Source: Patescibacteria group bacterium (lineage in GTDB: Bacteria > Patescibacteriota > Minisyncoccia > Phycocordibacterales > CAIZLB01). From it: a DNA stretch of 64,000 nt. The notes under the pieces were generated by a model, which saw only the letters and a program-made list of their open reading frames with translations, did no database searches and had not been told where the DNA came from. The position numbers were made by a program, and so were the translations under genes. The stretch spans positions 15,074 through 79,073 of the forward strand of contig JAZKFG010000002.1 of assembly GCA_040386515.1 (NCBI GenBank), read 5' to 3'. This document shows positions 38,679 to 47,962 of this stretch, one piece after another (the stretch's first letter is position 1; the number at the start of each line of letters is the position of its first letter).

Positions 38679-39380
38679 ATGGACAATCATTTTTTACCTA
38701 TTGAGCCAAAAAAAGACACCACCATTACAAATAAAAGACAGATTGAGCGTGGCGCTATATCAAAGGCGATATACATGGTAACAGATCTCTTTGAAGAGAA
38801 AGAGCCTCTTAGATCAGCTCTTCGAGATGCTGCCGTGGATATGCTTAGATATGAAGGATCTGAAGCTACTAACAGACTCAAGTCTTTATTGGTGCTAAGT
38901 AAGGAGGTTGGGCTTGTGGCACAGATAAATGTAGATATTCTACTCAGGGCTATTAATAGTGTTGAAGAAAGTGTGCATATAAGAGAGCAAAACCTTGATA
39001 TATCGCATGTGCTTAAATTTGAGAGTAGGGATGATCGGTCTGCTGATGGAGAGGTAAAGAACAATTCTATGCCTGAAGCTCAAAACGAGGACAAAGCCTA
39101 TCAGAACCCTAAAAAGGAGGTTGAGGCAATCGATATTATTGCAAAGGTTGAAAAGCCTCTACAGGCCTCACCCATAGTTACAACACTAGATATCGGCACT
39201 AGACGGAAGAAAATACTGGAAGTAGTGCGTTCTAAAGGACAAGCTACAATTCATGAGTTCATAGAGTCTATACAGGGCTGTAGCTCAAAAACTATACAGA
39301 GAGAGCTTACAAGCTTGGTATTGTCAGGGACATTAAAAAAGACAGGGGAGAGAAGATGGAGTAAGTACTCACTTAGGTAG
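38679..39380 (+). CDS. protein with C-terminal winged-helix (DeoR-like HTH)
   Basis: 'RRKKILEVV...CSSKTIQRELTSLV..G.L.K.GERRWSKY'; N-terminal four-helix-like 'AIYMVTDLF..EPLR'. Confidence 0.65.
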   Translation: MDNHFLPIEPKKDTTITNKRQIERGAISKAIYMVTDLFEEKEPLRSALRDAAVDMLRYEGSEATNRLKSLLVLSKEVGLVAQINVDILLRAINSVEESVHIREQNLDISHVLKFESRDDRSADGEVKNNSMPEAQNEDKAYQNPKKEVEAIDIIAKVEKPLQASPIVTTLDIGTRRKKILEVVRSKGQATIHEFIESIQGCSSKTIQRELTSLVLSGTLKKTGERRWSKYSLR

Positions 39381-39404
39381 GTTACTATAGGACATATGGG
39401 TTTT

Positions 39405-39434
39405 TTGCATAAAACCACGTAAAAGATGTAATAT
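39405..39434 (+). promoter_or_regulatory. putative sigma70 promoter of surface-protein gene
   Basis: TTGCAT-N18-TAATAT immediately before structured leader. Confidence 0.4.
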
Positions 39435-39438
39435 AACG

Positions 39439-39600
39439 CCTATGTACCCGTTTTCAAGGGTACAGGTTAGGCTTTGGAGTCCGTTTTGAGTATTGGTTCA
39501 ATCGATATTCAAGACGGGTTCGCAAAGATTTAGCCCGAGTAGTGCGTGTCTAGCAATTATCAATTATTATTAATAATAGACACTCAAAACGTACTACTTA
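39439..39600 (+). ncRNA. structured 5' leader RNA (candidate cis-regulatory/stability element)
   Basis: Three stems; 19-bp stem 39477-39495/39503-39521 in which all five non-Watson-Crick positions are G.U on the + strand. Confidence 0.6.
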
Positions 39601-39617
39601 TATTTAAATCAAACATT

Positions 39618-41384
39618 ATGAAAAAAACATTCAAAGCAGCAATTTTCGCTCTTGCACTTACAGTTACTGTAGGAGCATCAGCAGAAGGTTACATGTTCAA
39701 TACTAACCTTACAGTAGGATCAAGAGGAGCTGATGTTACAGCACTTCAGAACATCCTAGCTGCAGGAGGATACTTCACAGCTACTCCTACAGGTTACTTT
39801 GGATCAATTACAAAAACAGCAGTTATGGCTTACCAGAGAGCGAACGCAATTACTCCAGTTTCTGGATACTTCGGTCCTCTTACACGAGCTACTATGAACT
39901 CTTCAGTAACTACTACAACTCCTACAACTCCAGCAGCATGTCCAGTAGGATACGTATGTCAGCCTACAACTTCAACTGGTTCAACATCAGGAAGTGAAGG
40001 ATTCGCAGAGGTTCGAATTGCAGTTACTCCAACAAACAACCCAAATGTACAAATCAGTACAGATGTACCAGTTTACGGAATTGAATTCAGAGCTAAGCAG
40101 TCTGATATTACAGTTGAAAGAATTAACCTAGAAGTAGCAGTTAACGCTGGTACAACAGGATCTCCTTCATATGAAAACCCATCAACATTGATTAACACAG
40201 TTATCATTAAAGATGGATCAACTGTTCTACAGACAATCCCTGTTAACTCAACAACTTTCTCAAAGATCACAACTAACGGTAGTTCAACATACTACCTACA
40301 GCTTGCAGGTCTAGGATTCAAAGTTACTAAGGATACAGCGAAAAACCTATCAGTTTCATTCAACACTAACTCAATCGACTCAGATCGAATCGTTACAGTT
40401 GGAACATACCTAGATCAGGGAATTCGAGTTGTAGACGGACGAGGAATCAGTAGTTACACAACAGTTTCTGAAGATCGAGTACACACTTTCAAGAAGCCAG
40501 GTACATCTACAGTTACTGCTAAAGCAGACGCTACTACTCTTTACGCAAACAACTACCGAGTTAACGTTAATGGAAACGGAGCTGAAAAAGTTCTTTCATC
40601 AACATTTGCTGTTAAATCAGATACAGGTTCTTCAAAGCTAAACAGTGTTACAGCTCAGGTTGTAGCATCTGGAACAACTCCAACAAACCTATACTTGTAC
40701 GACGGATCAACAATTGTTGACGCTCGATCAGTACCAGCACCAGTTTCAGGAACATCTACAGTTATATTTGATGTAAGTAATGCAAACATTACTGTACCAG
40801 CAGATACTACTAAGACTTTCTCAATCAAGGCAGACCTTCCATCAAATACAGCTACAGGAACTGTTATTCAAACAACAGTTACAGCAGTATCTTATGAGAA
40901 ACCAAATGGTTCATCAGCAACTATCGGTGGTCTAACTATTGCAGGTCCTTATAACTACTTTGCTCCAGTTGTTGCTAAATTCAGTAAAGTTTCTTCAACA
41001 GTTACTACACAGTCTAACAACAACATCAACACATCTATCGTTTCAAGTGTAAGACTTGGACTAATGGCAGATGGTGGAGATATTAGTACATCAACTTCTG
41101 CAGTTATCGGTATTAAGAACGTTCAGACAGGAGCTATCCTAGCAACTACAACAGTTTCTGGAACTCCATCTGAAAGTGGTCTAGCGGTATTCGCCGACGG
41201 AGCATCAAAATATGTTGACTTTACAGCAACATTCAGTTCTTCTACTCTACCAGCAGGAACTACAAACGTAAGAACATTCGTACAGTCTGTTACTTGGACA
41301 CCAATGGCGTCTGGAGTTGCAGTTACTCAGTCACGAGGATTCGAAGCATTTGATAGTGATTCATTCGCAACATTCAGTAAATAG
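39618..41384 (+). CDS. S-layer-like secreted protein with peptidoglycan-binding domain
   Basis: Signal peptide; PG_binding_1-like 'L.VGSRGADV.ALQ..L...TGYFG.ITK.AV.AYQ...GYFGPLTRA'; Thr/Ser-rich beta domains; strongly biased codon use. Confidence 0.75.
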   Translation: MKKTFKAAIFALALTVTVGASAEGYMFNTNLTVGSRGADVTALQNILAAGGYFTATPTGYFGSITKTAVMAYQRANAITPVSGYFGPLTRATMNSSVTTTTPTTPAACPVGYVCQPTTSTGSTSGSEGFAEVRIAVTPTNNPNVQISTDVPVYGIEFRAKQSDITVERINLEVAVNAGTTGSPSYENPSTLINTVIIKDGSTVLQTIPVNSTTFSKITTNGSSTYYLQLAGLGFKVTKDTAKNLSVSFNTNSIDSDRIVTVGTYLDQGIRVVDGRGISSYTTVSEDRVHTFKKPGTSTVTAKADATTLYANNYRVNVNGNGAEKVLSSTFAVKSDTGSSKLNSVTAQVVASGTTPTNLYLYDGSTIVDARSVPAPVSGTSTVIFDVSNANITVPADTTKTFSIKADLPSNTATGTVIQTTVTAVSYEKPNGSSATIGGLTIAGPYNYFAPVVAKFSKVSSTVTTQSNNNINTSIVSSVRLGLMADGGDISTSTSAVIGIKNVQTGAILATTTVSGTPSESGLAVFADGASKYVDFTATFSSSTLPAGTTNVRTFVQSVTWTPMASGVAVTQSRGFEAFDSDSFATFSK

Positions 41385-41447
41385 TCGACTGTTGATTAAC
41401 TCTTCGGGGTTAACCTAACAAATCAACTACTCATTGATGAGTAAATA

Positions 41448-41477
41448 CAAAAAGCCACTCGAAAGAGTGGTTTTTTG
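41448..41477 (+). terminator. intrinsic terminator
   Basis: caaaaagccactc-gaaa-gagtggttttttg. Confidence 0.8.
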
Positions 41478-41528
41478 TTGTTTAATTTTACCTTTATTTT
41501 AATGGTAAATAATGTTATTATTGGTTGC

Positions 41529-41621
41529 ATGTTAGATAACACATCTTTCAAATTCATACTTGGATTCTTAGGAGTGGTTATCGTTGTTCTACTTATTCTT
41601 AAGCATATTGCAGTAGCATAA
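41529..41621 (+). CDS. small single-TM protein (30 aa, absent from ORF track)
   Basis: MLDNTSFKFILGFLGVVIVVLLILKHIAVA; TGT-TATTAT-N7-ATG leaderless-type promoter. Confidence 0.5.
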   Translation: MLDNTSFKFILGFLGVVIVVLLILKHIAVA

Positions 41622-41636
41622 TTACACGTGCAAAAG

Positions 41637-41662
41637 TGTAATATTCATTGACATTAAACGTT
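41637..41662 (+). promoter_or_regulatory. putative ECF-sigma autoregulatory promoter
   Basis: TGTAAT-N16-CGTT, 7 nt upstream of the sigma ATG; resembles Bacillus SigX/SigM-type tGtAAC-N16-CGw. Confidence 0.45.
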
Positions 41663-41669
41663 ATCTTAT

Positions 41670-42269
41670 ATGAAAGAAGATCATACACATATCGAACATA
41701 TGAACGACTCCTATACAGATATATGGTCTATTTCAGACACAGACTTTAAGAAGCACTTTGAAAATATATATTACGAACATATAGATTCATTATATAGATT
41801 TGCATACTTTAGAATCACTGATACTGAAAAGGCAACAGACTTAGTTCAAGACGTTTTTATTAAATATTTTGCATATTTACAAAAGCTTCGTCAGAACAGG
41901 GAAGTTGAAAATGATACAAATGTAGATTTGAATCATAGAGCCTTTTTATTTCAATCACTACGTAACGCCATTATCGATCAATATCGTCTCAAGAAAAGTT
42001 ATTCTCTTGATGCCTTGATTGACAATGAAGGTTATGATTTGCTTTCTGATGAGGATGCTACATCTTCAACTGAGACAGATATAAGTTTTAAGGAATTGTC
42101 TAAACATATAGTCAAACTTAAACCTGCTCATCAAGAACTCATATACATGCGCTATTTTGAAGGAATGTCAGTTACGGAGATTTCTCTAGCCTTAAATGAA
42201 AGAGAAAACACTATATCTGTTAAACTTCACCGCATTGCTGAGACACTAAAAAAGAACATGCGTTCGTAA
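41670..42269 (+). CDS. ECF-type RNA polymerase sigma factor
   Basis: 'LYRFAYFR..D...A.DLVQDVF', 'RNAIIDQYR', region 4 'RYFEGMS..EI...L......V.LHR'. Confidence 0.9.
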   Translation: MKEDHTHIEHMNDSYTDIWSISDTDFKKHFENIYYEHIDSLYRFAYFRITDTEKATDLVQDVFIKYFAYLQKLRQNREVENDTNVDLNHRAFLFQSLRNAIIDQYRLKKSYSLDALIDNEGYDLLSDEDATSSTETDISFKELSKHIVKLKPAHQELIYMRYFEGMSVTEISLALNERENTISVKLHRIAETLKKNMRS

Positions 42270-42297
42270 AATATTTTCAAAAAAATTATAAAACCCA

Positions 42298-43158
42298 ATG
42301 TCAAAAGACGTTAACACTATCATCAACACACTTCAAAAAATACGACCTAATAAGTCAGTGTGTTTGAGTGATGATAAGAAAGCGTCAATCTTAAAGACTG
42401 TATTTGAAACTCCTATTGCTAAGCCTATTGTTCATCGTCACACATCAAGAATTCCGTCACCATTCATTGTGATGTTTTCTCGATATGTATTGCCAGTATT
42501 TGTCCTATTCTTCGTAGGAAGAGTTTTTGGGGAAGGTATGCTACAGAAGGCTCAATTGGCTATTGGTAACTACAATGATGTTAAGTCAGAGGTAAAGTTA
42601 AATAACTCATTGCTGGAGACTCGGAAGGATATTGTAGCCCTAAAGTCTTTAGATACTCTGAATTCAGATACTGATTTAGCTGAAAAAATAGCCCTTGCTG
42701 ATAAGGTTACAACAGGATCACGAGAGATACGTAATCAGGTGGCCTCTTTGGTTAAAGAGAATAAGATAACAGAAGCAAAACAGGTTGTTCTGACTCTTGA
42801 AACAGCTCTTAAAGCTGATGAACTGTATAAAGTTGCTACATCAGTAAGTAATGCGGTTTTTGAGACAACTGACCTACGCCTTGAATTAGAGCGACAGGAA
42901 ACTGAAGCATCAGTTTCTCGGTCAGCTACTTCATCAACCTCAACTATTAATATTTTAAATGAAAGACTTTCTGCTGATAAGAAAAACCTAGCTAAGCTAG
43001 AGGTTACAGCTTCAACTACAGACATGATTGATTCAGCGAATAAGTCACTTGTAAAATCAGAAGAATACATTAAAGCAGGGGATGTTGAAAACGCTATTAT
43101 ATCACTCCAAGCGCATGATCGTATAGTTGCGGAACTAAAGCTTGTCCTGTTACCATAA
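42298..43158 (+). CDS. putative anti-sigma factor (bitopic, helical extracellular domain)
   Basis: Directly downstream of ECF sigma; short cytoplasmic N-terminus, one TM. Confidence 0.5.
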   Translation: MSKDVNTIINTLQKIRPNKSVCLSDDKKASILKTVFETPIAKPIVHRHTSRIPSPFIVMFSRYVLPVFVLFFVGRVFGEGMLQKAQLAIGNYNDVKSEVKLNNSLLETRKDIVALKSLDTLNSDTDLAEKIALADKVTTGSREIRNQVASLVKENKITEAKQVVLTLETALKADELYKVATSVSNAVFETTDLRLELERQETEASVSRSATSSTSTINILNERLSADKKNLAKLEVTASTTDMIDSANKSLVKSEEYIKAGDVENAIISLQAHDRIVAELKLVLLP

Positions 43159-43162
43159 GGCA

Positions 43163-43411
43163 ATGGCATTCTTTAAAGATTTCATCACAAAACAATTAGT
43201 TAAAAAACAGCTCAAAGGTGTTCCTGAAGACCAGCAGCAAAAAATTATGACCCTTATAGAAAAGGATCCTGATTTTTTCAAAGAAATAGGAGAAAAGATT
43301 CAAGAAGAAATAAAAAAAGGCAAAGGGCAAATGGAGGCCACAATGTCAGTTATGAAAGAGCATCGTGAAAAGTTAGCAAAACTTTTAGGTGATTCTGGAA
43401 TTAAAAACTAA
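43163..43411 (+). CDS. small hypothetical protein
   Basis: MAFFKDFITK...; TGT-TACCAT-N6-ATG supports start 43163. Confidence 0.7.
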   Translation: MAFFKDFITKQLVKKQLKGVPEDQQQKIMTLIEKDPDFFKEIGEKIQEEIKKGKGQMEATMSVMKEHREKLAKLLGDSGIKN

Positions 43412-43437
43412 TTTAAATATACGCCTTCTATGGCATA

Positions 43438-43472
43438 CAAAAAACACTTGAAACACATTCAAGTGTTTTTTG
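43438..43472 (+). terminator. intrinsic terminator
   Basis: caaaaaacacttgaa/ttcaagtgttttttg. Confidence 0.65.
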
Positions 43473-43505
43473 ACATAAGATTAAGTATGGTATACTAAAC
43501 CCCAT

Positions 43506-44186
43506 ATGCTTAAGTTCAATAATGTTACCAAGCTATATCATACAGGTGATATAGCTCTAAAAGATATTAATATTCACATAAAGCCAAAAGAATTTGTTTC
43601 AATAGTAGGGCAGTCTGGCGCAGGTAAGACCACACTACTTAAACTTATTCTTGGTGAAGAAGCTCCAACTGAAGGTGATGTGGTATTTGAAGAAATGAAT
43701 ATTCACAAACTTAAAAGAAAACATATGAATATGTATCGACGTCGAGTGGGTACAGTATTTCAGGATTTTCGTTTATTGCCAGATAAAACTGCATATGAAA
43801 ATGTTGCTTTTGCAATGGAAGCTGCAGGACGAACAGACTCTGAAATAAAATCTGATGTGCCTCATGCACTTGATCTTGTAGGACTGCGACATAAAGCTCA
43901 TAGTTTCCCTGATGAATTGTCAGGAGGGGAGAAACAAAGAGTTGCAATTGCACGAGCTATTGTGAATCAGCCTGAACTTATTATTGCAGATGAGCCGACA
44001 GGAAACCTTGATCCTATTAACACATACGAAATTATTCAGCTCCTTAAAAAAATAAATGATTTAGGTACAACTATTTTACTTACAACACACAACGTGGGTG
44101 TAATTGATAATCTTGGTCGAAGAGTTATTACTATTAAAGATGGAAAAGTTGCGCTTGACAGTATAGAAGGAAAATACATTTTATAA
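43506..44186 (+). CDS. ftsE: cell division ATP-binding protein FtsE
   Basis: 'GQSGAGKTT', 'VFQDFRLL', 'LSGGEKQRVAIARA', 'ADEPTGNLD'. Confidence 0.93.
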   Translation: MLKFNNVTKLYHTGDIALKDINIHIKPKEFVSIVGQSGAGKTTLLKLILGEEAPTEGDVVFEEMNIHKLKRKHMNMYRRRVGTVFQDFRLLPDKTAYENVAFAMEAAGRTDSEIKSDVPHALDLVGLRHKAHSFPDELSGGEKQRVAIARAIVNQPELIIADEPTGNLDPINTYEIIQLLKKINDLGTTILLTTHNVGVIDNLGRRVITIKDGKVALDSIEGKYIL

Positions 44187-44213
44187 TTTAATTCTTAATA
44201 CCATACATATCAC

Positions 44214-45137
44214 ATGATTATCACAAAATTAAGACGTACAATAAAATCAGGAGCAGTAAGTTTTTGGCGAAATAGTTCGGTATCGCTTGCGTCAGTTCTT
44301 ATCATGACAGTGACGCTTACTGTTATTTCTATGATTCTTTTCTTCGGAGTTGTAATGTCATCAACGCTCGAAACTATTAAAAATAAAGTTGATATAAATG
44401 TGTACTTTATCAAGAGTGCGCCAGAGGATGAAATGCTTGCACTAGCTGAAAGCTTGAAGCAAATGCCTGAAATATCAACAGTGGACTATATTTCACGTAA
44501 GCAGGCCTATGATACCTTTAGAGCACGACATGAAGGAGAAGAAGCAACTCTTCAAGCTCTTGATGAGATTGGAGAAAATCCACTTCCTGCAAGTTTGAAT
44601 ATTAAAGCCAAAGATCCTTCACAATACGATACAATTGTAGAAGCATTGAAAGGAAAAGAGGTTGCTGTAAATGATGATGGAATCATTGATAAAATTAACT
44701 ATACAAAGAACAAAGAAGCGATTGATGCGATTACTCGTATTATTGCAGCATCAAATAAGCTTGGATTTTTGATAGCACTATTCTTTGCAGCGGTTTCAAT
44801 TCTTATTACCTTTAACACTGTTCGATTAGCTATTTATATTTTCCGAGAAGAGATTTCAGTTATGCGATTGGTGGGTGCGAGTGAGACATATATTCGTGGT
44901 CCGTTCGTGACTGTAGGAATACTGTACGGAGTTGTGTCAGCTGTTGTGACCATACTCATATTGTTGCCGCTAACGCATTCGCTTGGAGCATGGACAGATA
45001 AGTTAGGAACAGGTATGAACTTGTTTGCATACTATCAAGCAAATCTGCCAATGATTATTCTTTCTCTTGTTGTTGCAGGAACAGTGCTTGGGGCGATATC
45101 AAGTTATCTTGCTATTAGAAGATATTTGAAAGTATAA
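44214..45137 (+). CDS. ftsX: cell division permease FtsX
   Basis: 'NPLPASL', 'NTVRLAI...REEI.VMRLVGA...YIRGPF', 'RRYLKV'. Confidence 0.93.
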   Translation: MIITKLRRTIKSGAVSFWRNSSVSLASVLIMTVTLTVISMILFFGVVMSSTLETIKNKVDINVYFIKSAPEDEMLALAESLKQMPEISTVDYISRKQAYDTFRARHEGEEATLQALDEIGENPLPASLNIKAKDPSQYDTIVEALKGKEVAVNDDGIIDKINYTKNKEAIDAITRIIAASNKLGFLIALFFAAVSILITFNTVRLAIYIFREEISVMRLVGASETYIRGPFVTVGILYGVVSAVVTILILLPLTHSLGAWTDKLGTGMNLFAYYQANLPMIILSLVVAGTVLGAISSYLAIRRYLKV

Positions 45138-45157
45138 AGTTTGGAAAATAATATAAA

Positions 45158-45196
45158 AAAAGAAGGTCGGAATCCGTGATGGACTCCGACCTTTTG
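45158..45196. terminator. probable bidirectional terminator
   Basis: aaggtcggaatcc-gtgat-ggactccgacctttt flanked by A/T runs. Confidence 0.55.
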
Positions 45197-45223
45197 GGTT
45201 GGTGTTGAAACGAGTTTCAGTGA

Positions 45224-45847
45224 TTAGCGAACTCCGCGAGGGCGGGGTGCTGGGCGGCGGTAGGCGTTGCCTTGATAACCGCTGGACTGATATGTGGGCA
45301 GGCGTCCTGCGTAGCCGCTGGATTGGTAGGTAGGCAGATTGCCCTTATACGTATTTTCGTACGTAATCGGGGCTCCGCGGTAAACGGCCGCAGGGTACCC
45401 TCCTCCCAGATTGCTCTGGTCGTTCGGGTTGCTGGAGTAACGTCCTCCTTGAGGGTTGCCGTATCCGACAGGTCCTTGTGGCTGGTTGTAACCGCCGTTG
45501 TAGCCGGGCTGCAGTGAACGCTGATAGCGGCTCATCTCGGAGTTTACCGGCGGGCGCATCTGGATTTGAGCCTGGCCTTGCTGCCAGCGGAGGTACTCAT
45601 TGTACTCGCGGCGCTCCTGCTCCATTTGAAGTCGCTGTGCTTCGCGGCGGGAACGTTCGTTCATTTCCTGCATTTCCCGCTGATACTGGGCCCGGAGCTG
45701 ATCCTGGCGTTGTAAGTACTGTGCGTGCTGTTCTGGACTCATTGGCGCTCCGCGAACTTCGCGTTGGGCTTGGGCTTGGGTTGTGCCACAGGCGGTGAAA
45801 AGGCAAGCGAAAACGCCTGCGAGAATCATCTGAATGGTTTGTTTCAT
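45224..45847 (-). CDS. GC-rich Gln/Tyr/Gly-rich low-complexity putative lipoprotein
   Basis: Signal with lipobox-like 'LFTA-C'; Q/R/E helix then Y/G/Q/N/P-rich tail with a repeat differing at synonymous sites. Confidence 0.6.
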   Translation of the reverse strand: MKQTIQMILAGVFACLFTACGTTQAQAQREVRGAPMSPEQHAQYLQRQDQLRAQYQREMQEMNERSRREAQRLQMEQERREYNEYLRWQQGQAQIQMRPPVNSEMSRYQRSLQPGYNGGYNQPQGPVGYGNPQGGRYSSNPNDQSNLGGGYPAAVYRGAPITYENTYKGNLPTYQSSGYAGRLPTYQSSGYQGNAYRRPAPRPRGVR

Positions 45848-45909
45848 GTTGATGTGCTTGGGTAGGTGGTGGTTGTGAGGGGGATACATTTCCTTACCTC
45901 TACTATTAT

Positions 45910-45938
45910 ATTATAGCACTTTTAGACATAAAAAGCAA
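45910..45938 (-). promoter_or_regulatory. sigma70 promoter of the GC-rich gene
   Basis: Minus strand TTGCTT-N17-TATAAT with extended TG. Confidence 0.65.
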
Positions 45939-46050
45939 GTATGTACCCCTCATTTAACCCCTAAAACTAGCCCATACCCCACAAAACCCCAATAAACAAG
46001 GGCTTTTTTGGACGATATAGCCAAATGAGTAATCATGGTATACTTTTTAC

Positions 46051-47106
46051 ATGAATATACAAACACTGCACGAAACTATTGAAAAAATATTCCAGCCTAA
46101 GAAAGGGGTATTGGCAGCTGACGAAAGTCCAGCCTCTATTCATAAGAGATTTGAAGCTCTAGGAATACCATTAACAGAAGAGAATAGATTGGGGTATAGA
46201 ACAGCTATTGTAGGAACTCCGAATCTGAGCAATCAGATCAGTGGAATTATATTTCAAGACGAGACTTTTAGACAAACTATTGACGGCAAAACATTTGCAG
46301 AATACTGTACTGAACATGGTATTGTTCCAGGTATAAAAGTTGATAAAGGACTTATTGATTTGCCAAATTTTCCAGGAGAAAAATTAACACTTGGACTTGA
46401 TGGATTAAAAGAAAGAATGGAAGAATATTATGCGCTTGGAGCTCGATTCTGCAAATGGCGAGCAGTAGTTGATGTGCATGCATCAACAGAAGAGGGTATC
46501 GCAGCAAACATGAGAAACCTCGCGCTCTATGCTTCTATTGCACAGCAAGCTGGAATTGTGCCAATGGTTGAACCAGAAGTATTGTATGACGGAACACATT
46601 TTATGCATGAGACAAAAGAAAAAATGCTGTACACTCTTACTCATCTTTTTGGTGAATTGGCTTTGTATAAAGTTGATATTACAGGAGTAATACTTAAAAC
46701 ATCTATGGTACTTCCTGGACTTAAGAGTGGGGAAGAAATTACTACAACTGAAGTTGCGCATGAGACAGCATTATTGCTTAGAACAACAGTACCTAAAAAT
46801 ATCGGAGGAGTTGTATTTCTTTCAGGAGGTCAGCAGCCAATTCAAGCATCAGAAAATCTTTCAGAAATAATGAAACTTCGACCATATGATTTTCCTATAA
46901 CATATTCATACTCACGAGCAATACAAGATCCAGTTCTGGCATATTTCTCAAAGCATATCAGTGATACTGATTTAACACCTGTACGAAATATATTAGTTGA
47001 TAGATTGGATATGAATACACTTTCGCTTACGGGAGAATATGAACAGTCAAAAGAAACAGGAATTTCAGCACATGTAGAGAAAGTTACAGGAAGTCAGGAT
47101 TTATAG
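46051..47106 (+). CDS. class I fructose-bisphosphate aldolase (eukaryote-like 'glycolytic' family)
   Basis: 'GVLAADES', 'GIKVDKG', 'ARFCKWRAV', 'VPMVEPEV', 'LKTSMV', 'FLSGGQ', 'SYSRAIQ'. Confidence 0.92.
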   Translation: MNIQTLHETIEKIFQPKKGVLAADESPASIHKRFEALGIPLTEENRLGYRTAIVGTPNLSNQISGIIFQDETFRQTIDGKTFAEYCTEHGIVPGIKVDKGLIDLPNFPGEKLTLGLDGLKERMEEYYALGARFCKWRAVVDVHASTEEGIAANMRNLALYASIAQQAGIVPMVEPEVLYDGTHFMHETKEKMLYTLTHLFGELALYKVDITGVILKTSMVLPGLKSGEEITTTEVAHETALLLRTTVPKNIGGVVFLSGGQQPIQASENLSEIMKLRPYDFPITYSYSRAIQDPVLAYFSKHISDTDLTPVRNILVDRLDMNTLSLTGEYEQSKETGISAHVEKVTGSQDL

Positions 47107-47138
47107 AATTTACAAAATAACTCAAAAAACATAATATA

Positions 47139-47930
47139 ATGCAAAAAAACCAAAAAATTATATTAACAATTATCGTCATCTTTTTCTTTGCTGCGTCAGT
47201 ATACTTTTTATCTGGAGGAATTCATAGAAATCCAGCTGTAGAAAATGAAGCAACTACGACGTTACCTGTTGCAAATGCTCTTAATATCAAAGTAGAAGCA
47301 TTGTCAGCATCATCAACTAATCTTGAATTACTTGTTGAATATCCTCAGATTACAAATGCTGCGCCCGAATCTGCTGCTGAAGGTATTAACGCACAGCTTA
47401 AAAAAGATGCTAAAGCTGAATATGATAGTGCTATGATTGATTTGAAAAAAGCACAAGCAGATCCTGCGACCGATGGAGCCGGATGGGATGTTATTTTTCA
47501 AAAGAAGTTAATCAAAGATAAAACATATACAAACAACGAAACAGGCATATTGTCTGTTGCATACACAGGATATCAGGATACAGGAGGGGCACATGGAACA
47601 CCTTTTTACATGTCACAAACTATTGATACAAAATCAAGTAATACATTAACTCTAAAAGATTTATTGAAAGGTGATTATGAAGCTGCAATTATCAAAGAAG
47701 TTGATAGTCAAATCAGAAGTGCAGCATCAACATGTCTTAGATGTGATCAGTTGGCAGGAGATTTGCAGGACTTGAAAGCGTTTGTTCCGGAATCATTTGT
47801 TTTAAGTGATCAAGGTATTACATTTTTGTTTGGATCATATGACTTGGGATCTTATGCATCAACTGCTGGTGGACAAGAAGTCTTTATTGATAAGGAATTC
47901 TTGGCCCCATATATTCTTCGAAATTGGTAA
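47139..47930 (+). CDS. DUF3298/RsiV-PdaC-like exported protein
   Basis: 'EYPQI', 'TGGAHG', 'LTLKDL', 'GITFLF..Y.LG.YA..G'. Confidence 0.75.
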   Translation: MQKNQKIILTIIVIFFFAASVYFLSGGIHRNPAVENEATTTLPVANALNIKVEALSASSTNLELLVEYPQITNAAPESAAEGINAQLKKDAKAEYDSAMIDLKKAQADPATDGAGWDVIFQKKLIKDKTYTNNETGILSVAYTGYQDTGGAHGTPFYMSQTIDTKSSNTLTLKDLLKGDYEAAIIKEVDSQIRSAASTCLRCDQLAGDLQDLKAFVPESFVLSDQGITFLFGSYDLGSYASTAGGQEVFIDKEFLAPYILRNW

Positions 47931-47962
47931 TTGTCTTACATGAAGTATGGTAATATTTTAGT

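Noticed and set aside
46051-47106. Eukaryote-like class I aldolase and alpha2 GlyRS as signs of eukaryotic transfer
   Set aside because: Both families are established in diverse bacteria, and their composition matches the rest of the window.
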